The notes: a model not told the origin generated them from the letters alone. A stretch of DNA of 64,000 bases from Octopus sinensis (GCF_006345805.1 NC_043002.1:12400001-12464000), one strand, 5' to 3'. Positions 12,387 through 25,105 are shown, counted from the stretch's first letter. Numbers and translations: made by a program.

Positions 12387-13423
12387 ATGTATGTTTGTTT
12401 GTGATTTTTTGGTAGTTATGTTGTTTCGTAGTGTTACTTTAGCTAAATGTATTAATGAATGGAATGCTTGAAATGTGTGTCAACAGTGCTGAGTGATGGA
12501 AATGTTGAGCGTCTGTAGTTCTATACCCAGAGTTTTGTATCTGGAGTGTCTCTAGATCTGTGTGTCTGAAAAGCTGTTAGACGACAGAGCTGTGTGTTTA
12601 TAGTGCTGGGAGTCAATGGCGCAATATCTGTAGTGTTGGGTGTTTTTAGTGTTGTATGATTCGTTGTGTACTGAATCTGTATGTAATATTGTGTGTCAGT
12701 GATGTGTGTCTGTACTGTTGTGTGTCTATAGTGTTGTGTGTCTGTAATGCTCTGTCTGTAATGCTCAATCATCCTGTTGCTGTCTCTAGCGCTGTACCAT
12801 TATGGTATTCAGTGTAATGCCGTATATGTGTAGCGTTGTGTGTTTGCTGCGCCATTGCTTGTAATGTTCTCTGTACTGCATTACTGCACATTTGTGCTGC
12901 TGTGTGTTTCAAGAAAAAAATCACAAACAAGAAAGAGAGAGAGAGAACAGAAGACTCTTTGTGTGTATATGTGTGTGTTTAGTGTAGTGTTCAAACAATT
13001 TTAAGCATGTTTTGTGCTCCCTCTTGCACTACACTACCTCGCTCTCCTCTCCTTCTCCTTCTCCTATCAACCTGTTATGTTCTGTTCTACTCCGGCTGTT
13101 CTCCTGCCGCCATTATGCATTTGTGTCTGCTACGCTATTATTACTTTGTTTTCTATGGCGAAATCTAATGGATGGCGTCGTTCTGTGTTGGATTTCAGAG
13201 TGTCGTTGCTATCTGTTCCAAACCAACGCACATCTGTGTGACATGCGATTTCATGAGCTCAGGCTAGATAGTTTTCGCGCCTTTCAAGGTCTAGGACTTC
13301 ATGTGAAAAGTTGACGAATAAATCGAGAGAAAGTTAGACAGCTTTCTTCAATTGAATATGAAATATGATTCGTGAACAGTTGATTACAGTGTGAGCTATG
13401 AATGCTATTTATTTACGTTTCAG

Positions 13424-13463
13424 TCGGCATTGTCAACTTAATAGCCTCATAAAATGCTCAAAG
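13424..13463 (+). CDS. Candidate 40-nt exon of an unidentified host gene
   Basis: Acceptor tttatttacgtttcag and donor AAG|gtgaga. One frame is open (RHCQLNSLIKCSK); alternatively it is a UTR exon carrying ATG CTC AAA G. Confidence 0.35.
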
Positions 13464-14556
13464 GTGAGAGCAATGAAACCGGGTTCGCGTTAAACGTTGC
13501 TATAAACAACGAGAAGAAACGGTTAAGAAAATGAATGAAGACGGCGAATTATTCTCAGCTTTCTCGCTGTTATTACGTGTTTCTCTATTAATCTCCCCTT
13601 CCTCCTTCCGTTATCCACGTTCCTTTTACTCGTCGCTGGATTTCTTTCTCTCTCTCTTCTTTCTATCTCTTCCATCTCCCCCCCCCCGTCTCTCACTTTC
13701 TCTCTCTACTCTTTCGCTATGTAATTATAGCAAAGGAAAACAGGTTTTGTTGCGCCATTTTACGTTAGGTTTTTCGTTGTTTATTAAAGGGTATTTTTTA
13801 ATTGTGTGATTTTGTTGTTGCTGCTGCTACTGCTGCTGCTGTTGTTGTTGTTGTTGTTGTTGTTGCTGTTGTTGTTGTTGTAATTTGACATGTTATATTT
13901 GAAGTGTTATATTTGTTGGAAAATATGTGCATGTGAGAGAGAAAGAAAGAAAGAATGAAAGAAAGAAAGAAAGAACAAGGTGATGAGAACAAGAGAGAGA
14001 GAGAGAGAGTAAGAGAGAGATCAAGAAAGATAGCAAGAAAGAGCAAGAGAGGCTAAGAAAGAAAGAGAGAGAAGGATCAAGGGAGAGATAGAAAGAGAGA
14101 GAGAGTGAGAATAAGAAAGAGAGAGAGAGAGAGTGAGAACAAGAAAGAGAGAGAGAGAGTGAGAACAAGATAGAGAGAGAGAGAGTGAGAACAAAAGAGA
14201 GAGAGAGTGAGAACAAGAAAGAGAGAGAACAAGAGAGTGAGAGAGTATTGTGTGTGTCTGAGTGTGTGAGAGAACGGCTGTGATAGTATTGTTTATGAGG
14301 CATAGCAAGTGCGCATGTCAGAGTCAATGTATATATGTAACTGGGAAATAATGAAAAGGGGAGCGCATATTTATGTATGTGTGTATGTATGCGCATGGAT
14401 GTGTATCTCTCCGCGAGCAAGAATACACGAATGGATCAGTCTTTTCATTATGGCTCTACGAAATCAGCAGAGATAAAAACTATCACTGAATTGATCCTCC
14501 GTACCGGTTTCGAGTTTTGCATGCGACAAAGTTACATCACGTCCAACTATTACTAC

Positions 14557-14740
14557 GGCACTCCGTCGGTTACAACGACGAAGGTTCCAGTTGATCCAAT
14601 CGACGGAACAGACTACTCGTGAAATTAACGTGCAAGTGGCTGAGCACTCCACAGACACATGTAACCTTAACGTAGTTCTCGGGGAGATCTAGCGTGACAC
14701 AGAGTGTGACAAGGCTGGCCCTTTGAAATGCAGGTACAAC
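14557..14740 (-). mobile_element. SINE family C 3' half
   Basis: Reverse complement matches 17550-17718 (GTCACGC..TCTCCCCGAGAACTACGTTAAGG...GTCGTAACCGACGGAGT). Confidence 0.85.
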
Positions 14741-14784
14741 AGAAAAAGAAAGAGTGATAGAACAAATTTACTGCATTTTTTAAC

Positions 14785-16465
14785 ACTTATACTTTCGCCA
14801 TTTTCATTTGGTCACGAAATGTCACATTACACACAGTTTCACCAACAAAATACATTCTTTTACCCGTAACACCGTGTGCTACTTTTACAGATTTACTTAA
14901 TTTCGGTTTATCGATATGCTTCCAAATTTCTTCATTCGTAATGGTAATATCACTTCCAGTGTCTAACTGCATTTTTACTCTTACACTTTTAATTTTCACA
15001 TTTACCAATTTCCTCTTTTTCACATTACCATCTTCTTTCGACGACACCTTGTTTATTCTTGTTTTTTTCTTTATTCCAACGTTTTATCTTCTTTGTTTTA
15101 CAGTGCGCTTTTACGTGTCCTATTTTTCCACAACGGAAAGGTTCCACTTGCTTAGATGGGCAGTTTTTTTCTCGGGTGCAGACCTCCACTTGAAAAACAT
15201 GGGTTTATTTTCTGATTTCTGTCCTGTTTGTATTGTATTTTAGTACACGCTTGATTTCTGTTCTGCCTGTTTTGCATTTCCCGACGCATTTATTTCACTT
15301 GGGAACAATCTTTATGTTCAATTTTCTCTGTGTCGTGTCTTAGATTTACTATTCTTTCACCTTTTTCTGACACTTGTAAGGTTAGAGCTTGTTTTGTTCC
15401 ACTTTAGCGAGAATTCGTGATCTTACTTCTGCGTCTTTTTCTGCAGTTAGTCCCTGAGTAACTATCACGCACTTGAACAAATCTGGCGTTAATTCGTCTA
15501 GTTTGAAATGTTCACATTCTCTGCTAACTCTACCAGCATATGCGATGTAGTTCTTTTCTAGGTTTAAACATTTCCAGAATGTATTGAATAATGAGCTTTT
15601 CTCAGCAAACATTTTACACAGTTTGTCTATTGTATCTTTAAAGTTAATGCCAGAAGGAGTTTTCGGGAATACGTAATTCCAGCATGGCTCAATGTTCTCC
15701 TGCTGTCAGTTTTCTCAAGATTAGACTTGTTTACATATCGTCGTCCCAATCTTTGCACTCTTTATTGAAGACCTATTCATATCTTCTACAGTACGCCCCG
15801 AAGGTAACTCCTTCCTATGGTTCATACTTAAATTCCCTTATTGAGTTTGAAACATAATCTAGCGAGAACATCTTTTCAGCGTTTTTTGACGACTTGCTAT
15901 TCATTAATTGCAGCATTTTTTGCTGTAACAGTAAACGTTGTTGTTGTTCTTTCAGTGGTTGTCGTTGCTGCTTTTGTAACCCGATCAAACCGGTCAACAA
16001 TTCTTCCATGATTTTAAGATTTTCTAAATAGTAAAATTCGCACGAAGAACCTTTGGTGAGTTTCGTAACTCCTTGTGAGTTTGTTAATTCCTCGTCACCA
16101 CTGTTGTAATCCTCTGTCCGAATGTTCTAACGTCCATAATCCGGTATAGCAGTACAGTTAGTTAAACAGATAAGACACATCTACTGCCCCAGTCACATTA
16201 TTTGTAATGACTAGCACATACCACTCGTCAAATGGGAGGGATGTTCCATTATTACTATTATCTGCTTAACACTTATAATAATTAATAATTATTTCTCTGC
16301 AGTTGATATAGTATATCTTCCATATTGATCCTGTATATCATCCATATTATTCATATTGTCGCAATATGCTTGAAACTGCCGGCAAGTGAGTCATGTTACC
16401 AAAACATAACGTTTATCTAGAAGGCGAGGAAAGCCACATACATCAATTTACTCTTCTTCACAACA
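14785..16465 (-). mobile_element. Ty3/Gypsy LTR retrotransposon 5' remnant (LTR, PBS, gag, aspartic protease)
   Basis: LTR 16102-16465 is bounded by TGTTGT...ACAACA. PBS-like TGGTGACGAG at 16091-16100. gag fragments include MEELLTGLIGLQKQQ and KLDELTPDLFKCVIVTQGL; the protease reads VKMQLDTGSDITI. Multiple frameshifts; no RT or integrase. Confidence 0.88.
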
Positions 16466-16571
16466 CTGCATGTCACACCAATCACTATGTACAAACTTCT
16501 TTTCAGTATCTTTGCGAGGAATCCTTCTCCTGCTCCTCCTGCTCCTCCTCCTGGTCCTCCTCCTCCTCCTC

Positions 16572-16658
<87 letters not shown>

Positions 16659-16816
16659 GTAAGCGACCACGACGACCACAACGACCACGATGACCTCCAA
16701 AACAACCACCAATACCAGCGCCACTATCGCCACCATCAACAACGGCGACTGTTACTACTAGTCCTACTACTACTACTACTACTACTACTACTATACTACT
16801 ACTACTACTACTTCTA

Positions 16817-16854
<38 letters not shown>

Positions 16855-17398
16855 ACTACTACTACTACTACTACAACCAGGTTGATGTGTAATTAAAACT
16901 TTTAGCGATGCTATTTCCTTTTTATTCGCTTATCTTCTTAGCTTTTGCAATCTGCACAAATCTTCAACCTCAGACATGTCTTCTGCAGATCTTCCTTTTA
17001 TGATTAGCAAAAAGTAAAGCTATGCGTTTCCACCAATCGTTATTCTGGAAATTATCTTGAGAATGTATAATATATTTGTTGTAATCTTTTGTGCCCATTA
17101 TTTCAATGAGCTTGTTAAACTTTTTTATATTCTCAACATACTCTTGTCACCAAAGAATGTATATTTATATGGATTATAGTACTCTGTGTCAACCAATATT
17201 CTGTGCATGTTTGAATATACAAATACAATACCAATACCAATATCAATTCCTTCTGGAAACTATCTTACGCATGTCCTTGAGAACGATTATTTATGTAGTA
17301 ATCTTTTGTGGCCAATATTTTAAGGAACTTGTTGAACTTTTTTATGTCCTTAACATGTCCCTGTTACCAAAGACTGTATATATATATGTAATGTAAGT

Positions 17399-17718
17399 GA
17401 GGGCGCGTGGCTTAGTGGTTAGGGCATTCGGCTCATGATCGTAAGGTTGTGAGTTCGATTCCCGGCAACGCGTTGTGTCCTTGAGCAAGACACTTTATTT
17501 CACGTTGCTCCAGTCCATTCAGCTGGCAAAAATGAGTTGTACTTGTATTTCAAAGGATCAGCCTTGTCACTCTCTGTGTCACGCTGATTATCCCCGAGAA
17601 CTACGTTAAGGGTACACGTGTCTGTGGAATGCTCAGCCATTATGCACGTTAATTTCACGAGCAAGCTGTTCCGTTGATCGTATCAGCTGGGACCCTCGTC
17701 GTCGTAACCGGCGGAGTC
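17399..17718 (+). mobile_element. SINE family C, full length
   Basis: GGCTTAGTGGTTAGGG A box, GAGTTCGATTCC B box, central CAAGACACTTTATTTCACGTTGCTCCAGTCC domain. Confidence 0.92.
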
Positions 17719-17908
17719 TTTAGGGATATGTAATGTAGCAATTTGTAACAACCAATAATTAACGCAACCAAACTTCTACATGTTACTTTGACAATCTTTT
17801 TCTAAAGAGTGAAACCGGTAAAGTAAATAAACATCTTTTAAATTGCATTTTCAAACCTTCTTTCGTATATAATTCCACTCGTGCGGTACCCCACAACTCC
17901 ACTTTGTT

Positions 17909-17961
<53 letters not shown>

Positions 17962-18120
17962 ATATCCTTGTTGCTTATTTTGATTTTAATCACCTTACTT
18001 TGAAAATGTATGTATAATGCCGTACTAAATTCTGGTGCCATATTCATCTGAATCCAGATATTTGCTGAACTCATCTACCATACATATATATATATATAAA
18101 TGCATATATATATATAAATG

Positions 18121-18266
18121 TGGTAAGAAGCTTCCTTCCCAACCACATGGTTCCGGGTTCAGTCCCACTGCGTGGAACCTTGGACAAGTATCTTCTGCTA
18201 TAGCCTCGGGCCGACCAAAGCATTGTGAGTGGAGTTGGTAGACGGAAACTGAAAGAAGCTCGTTGT
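18121..18266 (+). mobile_element. SINE family A 5' half
   Basis: Head sequence through GGTAGACGGAAACTGAAAGAAGC. Confidence 0.88.
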
Positions 18267-18270
18267 GTAT

Positions 18271-18323
<53 letters not shown>

Positions 18324-19040
18324 GTGTGTGTGTATGTATGTATGTATGTATGTATGTGTATATGTATATGTTATTATATATATATATAATAAGACCGGAT
18401 CGCCATGTTTGGAACGAGTTCAAAACAAGCCCTTTAGTATTGAACGCTATGAAGGCGATGTTGGCCTTCAAGGCGCACCCAGACCATATAGAGCAGAAAT
18501 ATTTAAAAGTGTTGAGCTGGTGTAATACACGAGGAAAGGTAGTCAGATAGATATTCGTACCTTTGGAATAACGCTATTCGGAAGATTCGGAGTGATGAGC
18601 TGCCTAAGGTGAAAATCAGATTTGTATATTTATTCTTTCGAATAATAGTAATGGATGACATAGACGGATATGAACAGTAATAGTGTCAGCAGAAAGAAAA
18701 TGAATGCTTAAAGAGAAGTTTGTGTTCGTATGTGTTTATATGTATGTATGTGTGTGTGTGCGCGTGTTTGTCAGTATACGTTTATATTTGAAGATATCTG
18801 AGTTTGTGTTTGATTCCGGCTAAAGATTAAATTTAAGTCAGGCTAGAGATTAAAGATTAAATATTGATTAAACTTATGCGTCTATATGTCACGGAAATAG
18901 CAGACCAACCCATGGTGTTGGATGAAATAAATGCCAGAATGAACAAAATCACCCCCAGCTGAAGATGGCGTTCCTGTATGACCGTAGATAAATGTCTGAA
19001 AGCATTAAAGGAATAAACGAGTTAAACTACTTATATATTC

Positions 19041-19482
19041 GTTTCAAATTATGGCACAAGACCAGGAATTTTGGGGAAGGGGCTAAATCTGTTAGATCGA
19101 CCTCAGTGATCAGCTTGTACTTATTATATCGACCCCGAGAGGATAAAAGATAAAGTCGACCTCGGCGGAATTTGAACTCAGAACGTTAAAATGGACGAAA
19201 TGTTGCTAAGCATTTTACTTAGCGTTCAAGCACACCTACCAGGGCGCCGCCTCAAGATGCGTACGTATTCTTTACTATTCTAGGCACATAGCCCGACATT
19301 TTGGGAGAAGGGGCCAGTCTATTAGTCACCCCCAGTTCGCAACTGGTACTTAATTTATCGATCCCGAAAGAATGAAAGGCAAAATCGACCTCGGCGGAAT
19401 TTGAACTCAGAACGAAAAACCGGACGAAATGCTGCTTAGCATTTTATTCGGCGTGCAAACAGACCTACCAGCACGCCGCTTT
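19041..19482 (-). mobile_element. Two tandem SINE family B copies (older tail type)
   Basis: Two reverse-strand copies (~19041-19252, ~19268-19482), each with the central domain and the CCCCTTCCC...TTGTGCC tail. Confidence 0.85.
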
Positions 19483-20039
19483 AAGGTACTTACATATTGC
19501 TACATCAGTGTAATGTGCTTGCATTTGATTTAGTTTCACCTTTCAGGCTCATTTATCCATTCTCTATCTCTTCCGCGCTTTCTCTCTCTCTGTCTCTCTC
19601 TCTTTCACACAGTCTTCTTTCTATCCCCCACTCTCTCGCTTACTTCCTCCCTCTCAGAATATACATTCTATATATCGTTTCCCCTCCATGTGAGGTAAAC
19701 CATAGATATAGTAAGGCTAAAATCCCTTGGTGGGAAATTAAAAAAAAACAGAGCTATATTGATATCTACACGCTTATCTATTTATCTACGTGCGCATGTG
19801 TCTGTGTGTTCGTGTGTGTATTTTTGTGTGTGCTTGTGTGTGTGTGGGCGAGTTAGTTTGTGTGCATACAAACACATATAACTATGCGAGTATATAACTA
19901 CATAGTTGTAAGTGTCTAGTATATACACACATATACACAAGTATTTGTACGTTTAGGTGTGTATATGTGTATATATACACGTGTCTGTATGTGTGTGCGT
20001 GAGAGAGAGAGAGAGAGAGCGAGAGAGAATGTTAATATA

Positions 20040-20213
20040 CGTGTATATATATATATATATATATACATATATATATAGGTACTGTATAAATATATATATA
20101 TATATAAACATATCTATTTATATATATATATGTATATGTACATGCATACATATACCAACATACATATATAAATAATACATACATAAATATATATATATGT
20201 ATATATATATATC

Positions 20214-20244
<31 letters not shown>

Positions 20245-20295
20245 CATATATATATATATATCTATATATATATACACATACATATATATATATAC

Positions 20296-20363
<68 letters not shown>

Positions 20364-20390
20364 CCATACATATATATATATACATATATA

Positions 20391-20433
<43 letters not shown>

Positions 20434-20462
20434 TGTATGTGTGTGTGTGTGTGTATGTATAT
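20040..20462. repeat. (TA)n-rich compound microsatellite
   Basis: Direct inspection. Confidence 0.95.
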
Positions 20463-20634
20463 ATGACAATTTACCATATTTGTTCGCACTGTAAACGGAA
20501 TCGAATTAGCAGAAAAAAGCTCCAGAGATTCTTAGAACGATAGTACACCTGTCAGAGTATTACTACTCTTTCATATCTCGATGTTTGTTTATGTCAGGAA
20601 CTAAAAGTCTTTCTCATTTCATCTTTATTTCCAG

Positions 20635-20696
20635 ACACATCAGTACATGGCGATTCCTCAAGACGATTACCAGCCGATTAGCTTTAACTATTATAG
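20635..20696 (+). CDS. Candidate 62-nt exon of an unidentified host gene
   Basis: Strong acceptor tctttctcatttcatctttatttccag and donor AG|gtgtgt. Frame 0 is open (THQYMAIPQDDYQPISFNYY) and phase-compatible with the 13424-13463 candidate. Confidence 0.4.
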
Positions 20697-20819
20697 GTGT
20701 GTGTTTTTGTATAATTAATTGATGCGGAGTGTCATGGTGTCCGACTGGAGAAGCGGGTGGAGTTTTCGTTGAATTGGAGTGATTTTGGTGACGAACTACG
20801 ATGATGCCTTTTATAAAGT

Positions 20820-21190
20820 TCAGCGGATTTTTGTCATGCCTCCATTTTCTCCACCCGCTATTTTGATCGGGTCACCGGTTCTCCTTTGTTGGGTTCTATC
20901 AGAAGTACTAGTGATCCAAATTTCTGTCTGCATTACCAAACGCGACAAATTGAGAGTATGGACATTTTCCATCCTTTTTGCTCTTGATCTACCCCTAGGG
21001 CTGCTGGCTGTTGGACCGATTTGAAGAATCCGTCTTGCGATTTCTTCTTGCGCCATTCTAACCACATATCCGTAATACTGGACCTGAGACCGCTCAATAT
21101 GGAGAAGTAGCAACTGGATCTGGAGAGATTCGCTGATCTCCCGGCTATGCAACTTGTCGGGTAAATTTATTGCAGAGACCTTTCGGATTT
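20820..21190 (-). mobile_element. RTE-clade LINE 3' fragment
   Basis: LLLHIERSQVQYYGYVVRMAQEEIARRILQIGPTASSPRGRSRAKRM matches the RTE C-terminal 'RSQLRWYGHV.RM...RPRGRPR.RW' pattern. Confidence 0.8.
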
Positions 21191-21192
21191 TA

Positions 21193-21910
21193 AGGCGGCG
21201 TGCTGGCAGAAACGTTAAAACGCCGGGCGAAATACTTAGCGGTATTTCGTCTGCCGTTACGTTCTGAGTTCAAATGCCGCCGAGGTCGACTTTGCCTTTC
21301 ATCCTTTCGGGGTCGATAAATTAAGTACCAGTTACGCACTGGGGTCGATATAATCGACTTAATCCATTTGTCTGTCCTTGTTTGTCCTCTCTGTGTTTAA
21401 TCTCTTGTGGGTAGTAAAGAAATAGGCGTTTCGTTTGTCTTACGTTCTGAGTTCAAATTCCGCCGAGGTCGACTTTGACTTTCATCCTTTCAGGGTCGAT
21501 AAATAAAGTACCAGTTACGTACTGGTGTCGACATAATCGACTTAATCTCTTTGTCTGTCCTTGTTTGTCCCTTCTATGTTTAGCCCCTTGTGGGCAATCA
21601 AGAAATAAGAAAAGTTAGCACGCCGGGCGAAATGCTTAGTGGTATTTCGTCTGTCGTTACGTTCTGAGTTCAAATTCCGCCGAGGTCGACTTTGCCTTTC
21701 ATCCTCTCAGGGTCGATAAATAAAGTACCAGTTACGTACTGGGGTCGATGTAATCGACTTAATCCGTTTGTCTGTCCTTGTTTGTCCCCTCTGTGTTTAG
21801 CCCCTTGTGGGTAGTAAAGAAATAGGTATTTCGTTTGTCTTTATGTTCTGAGTTCGCCTGGCGTGCTGACGTTTCTGCCAGCTCGCTACCTCATATGCCA
21901 GCTCGCCGCC
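21193..21910 (+). mobile_element. SINE family B head-to-tail array (3 units + partial), followed by inverted head fragments
   Basis: Units ~21193-21426, 21427-21612, 21613-21827 and a partial unit to ~21857, then reverse-strand heads (GTTTCTGCCAGCTCGC). Confidence 0.92.
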
Positions 21911-22553
21911 TGACGAGTATAGTAACGTCGTGGGACAATTATATATAGACCTACATTAATACGCATAGGGTGAACCAGAAATTACGATATCTCACAGCGT
22001 ATTGCGAAATTGGGGGCATAATCTGGTGGTTTCAGCTGTTGCACCGACTGTGACGTTTGCTCCACCTTTTGTATACGCTTACTTTAACATTAATCTCGGA
22101 ATTTTGATAAGGTGTGATAAGGTAATCACAATGAGCTATAATGAATTAAATTTGTTCTTTCGATTTCATCACAAGCTGCCGAGAATCTCGTTACGGATCT
22201 CCTTAGCAAATTTAAATGTGTGTCAATATCTGTATAAGTTTATTTATTTATATCCTACATTGTATCGTTACTTTGGTGCCTTGTACCAATAATGGAAACG
22301 AATTGTGCCTCACACAGTTTTGTCTGAATAAATAAAATATCCGCCCTTTCTTCCCTATATCCTTTGGAGATGATTCTTTTATCAAATTTTACCGCAATTT
22401 TTCGCGGATTGACCTCTCGCAAAAATGCATTCTACATGGATCCATCAATTCACCTTAAAATTATTGCTTTGTGATTAAACTGGAAGCGATTGCAACTATT
22501 CAGCCTCGTTGCTGGAATAACGACCCCACCTTCGTATGATATATTTTAAGATG

Positions 22554-22918
22554 AACAAGAGCACTCAGACAGCGCAAACCATCGCCCAGGTGACACCAAC
22601 GTCCCCTCAACGATTAGGCGGAGATAATTTTTTAAATGAGAATATCTGAAATAAACTCGACTGCTCTCACAAACGAGAATACTAAAAATGAACCCAACTG
22701 TTCTCAATAAATTAAGTAAAAAATCAAAAAAAAATCAGGAAAAATAATCCAGAATCCTTGTCCGGTACTGGATCGATCGCAAAATCTAATTAGTTCGTGC
22801 CAGTCACGAGGCCAAATATCTCTGAAAGTTTCAGCTAAATCCATCGCGCGGTTCTTGAGAAACAAGCAAACAAACACAACTGAAAACAATACCTCCGCCT
22901 TAGCGAAGGCAGATGTAA
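22554..22918 (+). mobile_element. Non-autonomous Helentron-type (HINE/DINE-like) element
   Basis: Starts AACAAGAGCACTCAG. It has a (CAAA)n tract near the 3' end and a terminal hairpin TACCTCCGCCTT-AGCG-AAGGCAGATGTA. Architecture recognised from memory. Confidence 0.65.
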
Positions 22919-23039
22919 TAAATTCATTGTTACATTAGCTGTTTTGTATTTTATAAAAAACATTGTCGTGGAAATCGATGTCGGTTAAGAATGTTGCCGT
23001 TTTAGTTTTAAACATCCATACATTCTGCTAGTATCAGTT

Positions 23040-23600
23040 GTTGGACTACGGCCATGCTACAACCTTGAATGAATAGAAATTAGTAATTAGTTTTGTTGTC
23101 AACTGGTGGAGGAGACAAACAAAAAGACACACATATATACAAGGCTTCTTTTAGTTTCCCGTTACTAAAGCTACTTGTAAGGCTTTGGTCGACCCGACAC
23201 TATAGTAAAAGACACTTACCCAAGTTGCTACGCAAGTGCCACACAGGTTTCACGCGGCCAACTGGCAGAAGCGTTAGCACGCCGGGCGAAATGCTTTGCA
23301 GTATTTCGTCTGCCGTTACGTTGTGAGTTCAAATTCCGCCGAGGTCGACTTTGCCTTTCATCCTTTCGGGGTCGATAAATTAAGCACCAGTTACGCACTG
23401 GGGTCGATGTAATCGACTTAATACCTATGTCTGTCCTAGTTTGTCCCCTCTATGTTTAGCCCCTTGTGGGCAATAAAGAAATAGGCTTCACGCAGGTGCC
23501 ACGGAGGTTCCACGGAGGTGCCACGCAGGCTCCGTGCAGCACGCAGTGTGACTGAATCCGGAGGTATGTGGTTGGGAAGAAAGCCAGTGCCTGTATATTT
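23040..23600 (-). mobile_element. SINE family A interrupted by a SINE B copy
   Basis: SINE A body at 23040-23250 and head at 23485-23600 on the minus strand. A plus-strand SINE B sits between them. Confidence 0.75.
23257..23484 (+). mobile_element. SINE family B, full length, with TSD-like TTCACGC
   Basis: Head, central domain and AAAGAAATAGG tail; TTCACGC on both sides. Confidence 0.9.
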
Positions 23601-23759
23601 TCGTTTTCTGTAAATATATATACGTAAAGTGTCATTATTTAGTCTCGCGTTTGTTTTTAGCATTTAAGCTTTTCTTCAAAACCGTTCCAGCTGTCTTTTT
23701 ATAAAATTTCTCTTCTTTTTATTAAAATTTGAATACATTGTATCAAGGTTCAACTTAGA

Positions 23760-24110
23760 CTGGGACTACGGGTCATACGTCCCCTGAACAATTCAAAATC
23801 ACAACATACAGGTACACTGCGACACAATTTCTTTTTCCTGAACAGGCCTTGCTCTGCTTAACATTGTCCCAAAACTGATCAAAGAGGAAAAGGATCCCAT
23901 CACCTTTAAATGGAAGCTGGCTAAATTTCTTCAAGGAATACTAGATAAGCCACCTATACCTGGTTACAACGCACTCCACAAGAACTCCCTCCTTGAATGG
24001 ACCATGATACCACAAAACGACTTAAAGAGGATTTAGATAATACTATCAGGTGGTAGTATTAAGATAGACATAGCCTGAAATAATCTTTGGTCGAAATATA
24101 TCTAAGTTTA
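23760..24110 (+). mobile_element. CR1-like LINE 3' end
   Basis: Encodes ...KEEKDPITFKWKLAKFLQGILDKPPIPGYNALHKNSLLEW. Its 3' tail (GGTAGTATTAAGATAGACATAGCCTG) is shared with 54192-54997. Confidence 0.75.
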
Positions 24111-24582
24111 TCTAAGTTTAAGTTTATATATATATATATGTAATATATATATATATGTATATACACATACACACAACTTATAAACAAGGGCAACAGAAAA
24201 ATTATTTCTGTGCCAATATGCTGAGAAGAGACTTTAAATCGTCAATTTCCACATTTCATTTTACAATCACTATAAATACACGTCGTGCTGAAATCGAGGA
24301 AGGCTAGCTAACAATTTTTTAAAAAGTTCGTTATTTCTCGTATATTGAATCAATTTCAGGATTAATCCTATGAATTCATCCCTCTATAATAGTGTGTGTA
24401 TACACACACACACACACACATATATTTACCACTTTGAAATTGATGCTGATATTAAGCTCCCGCATCAGGTTAAAAGAATTCCGTTCACACACACCCGCAC
24501 ATAGTGTGTGTGTATGTATGGACACGCATGGACGTACCCACAAATGCAGATTATATACATATATATATATAATATATATATA

Positions 24583-24667
<85 letters not shown>

Positions 24668-25012
24668 GTGAGTCTGTGTGGGTGCTGAGTGTATAATTGT
24701 ATGTGTGTGTGGTGTATTTGTGCGTGTGCGTGTTTACGAACCTGTTTGCATTCCTTCAGATGACACCGCAAATAAAATTAACACCTTCAGACTGAAATAA
24801 TTAAGAAAAAAATCATTAAATACTAGAAATTTGTTTTATGTACTTTCCTAATTGCATTCTTCCTCCCCCCTTTTAATTGTAAGAAATATCTTCTGTGAAA
24901 CTTGCTGGTTTTTGTTATCATCATAATCGTCATAATCCTGATGATGACAATCATCATCATCACCACCACCATCGCTATGCACCCACTCTGTCTCCTCCTC
25001 CACTTCTTCTTC

Positions 25013-25013
<1 letters not shown>

Positions 25014-25105
<92 letters not shown>

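Noticed and set aside
13160-13200. Hairpin GAAATCTAAT...GTTGGATTTC as a possible miRNA
   Set aside because: Only ~37 nt with many G.U pairs, too short for a pre-miRNA, and no known seed recognised.
21193-21857. Regularly repeated ~190-bp units as a CRISPR or tRNA-gene array
   Set aside because: Eukaryotic context, no unique spacers and no complete cloverleaf; the units are SINE copies.
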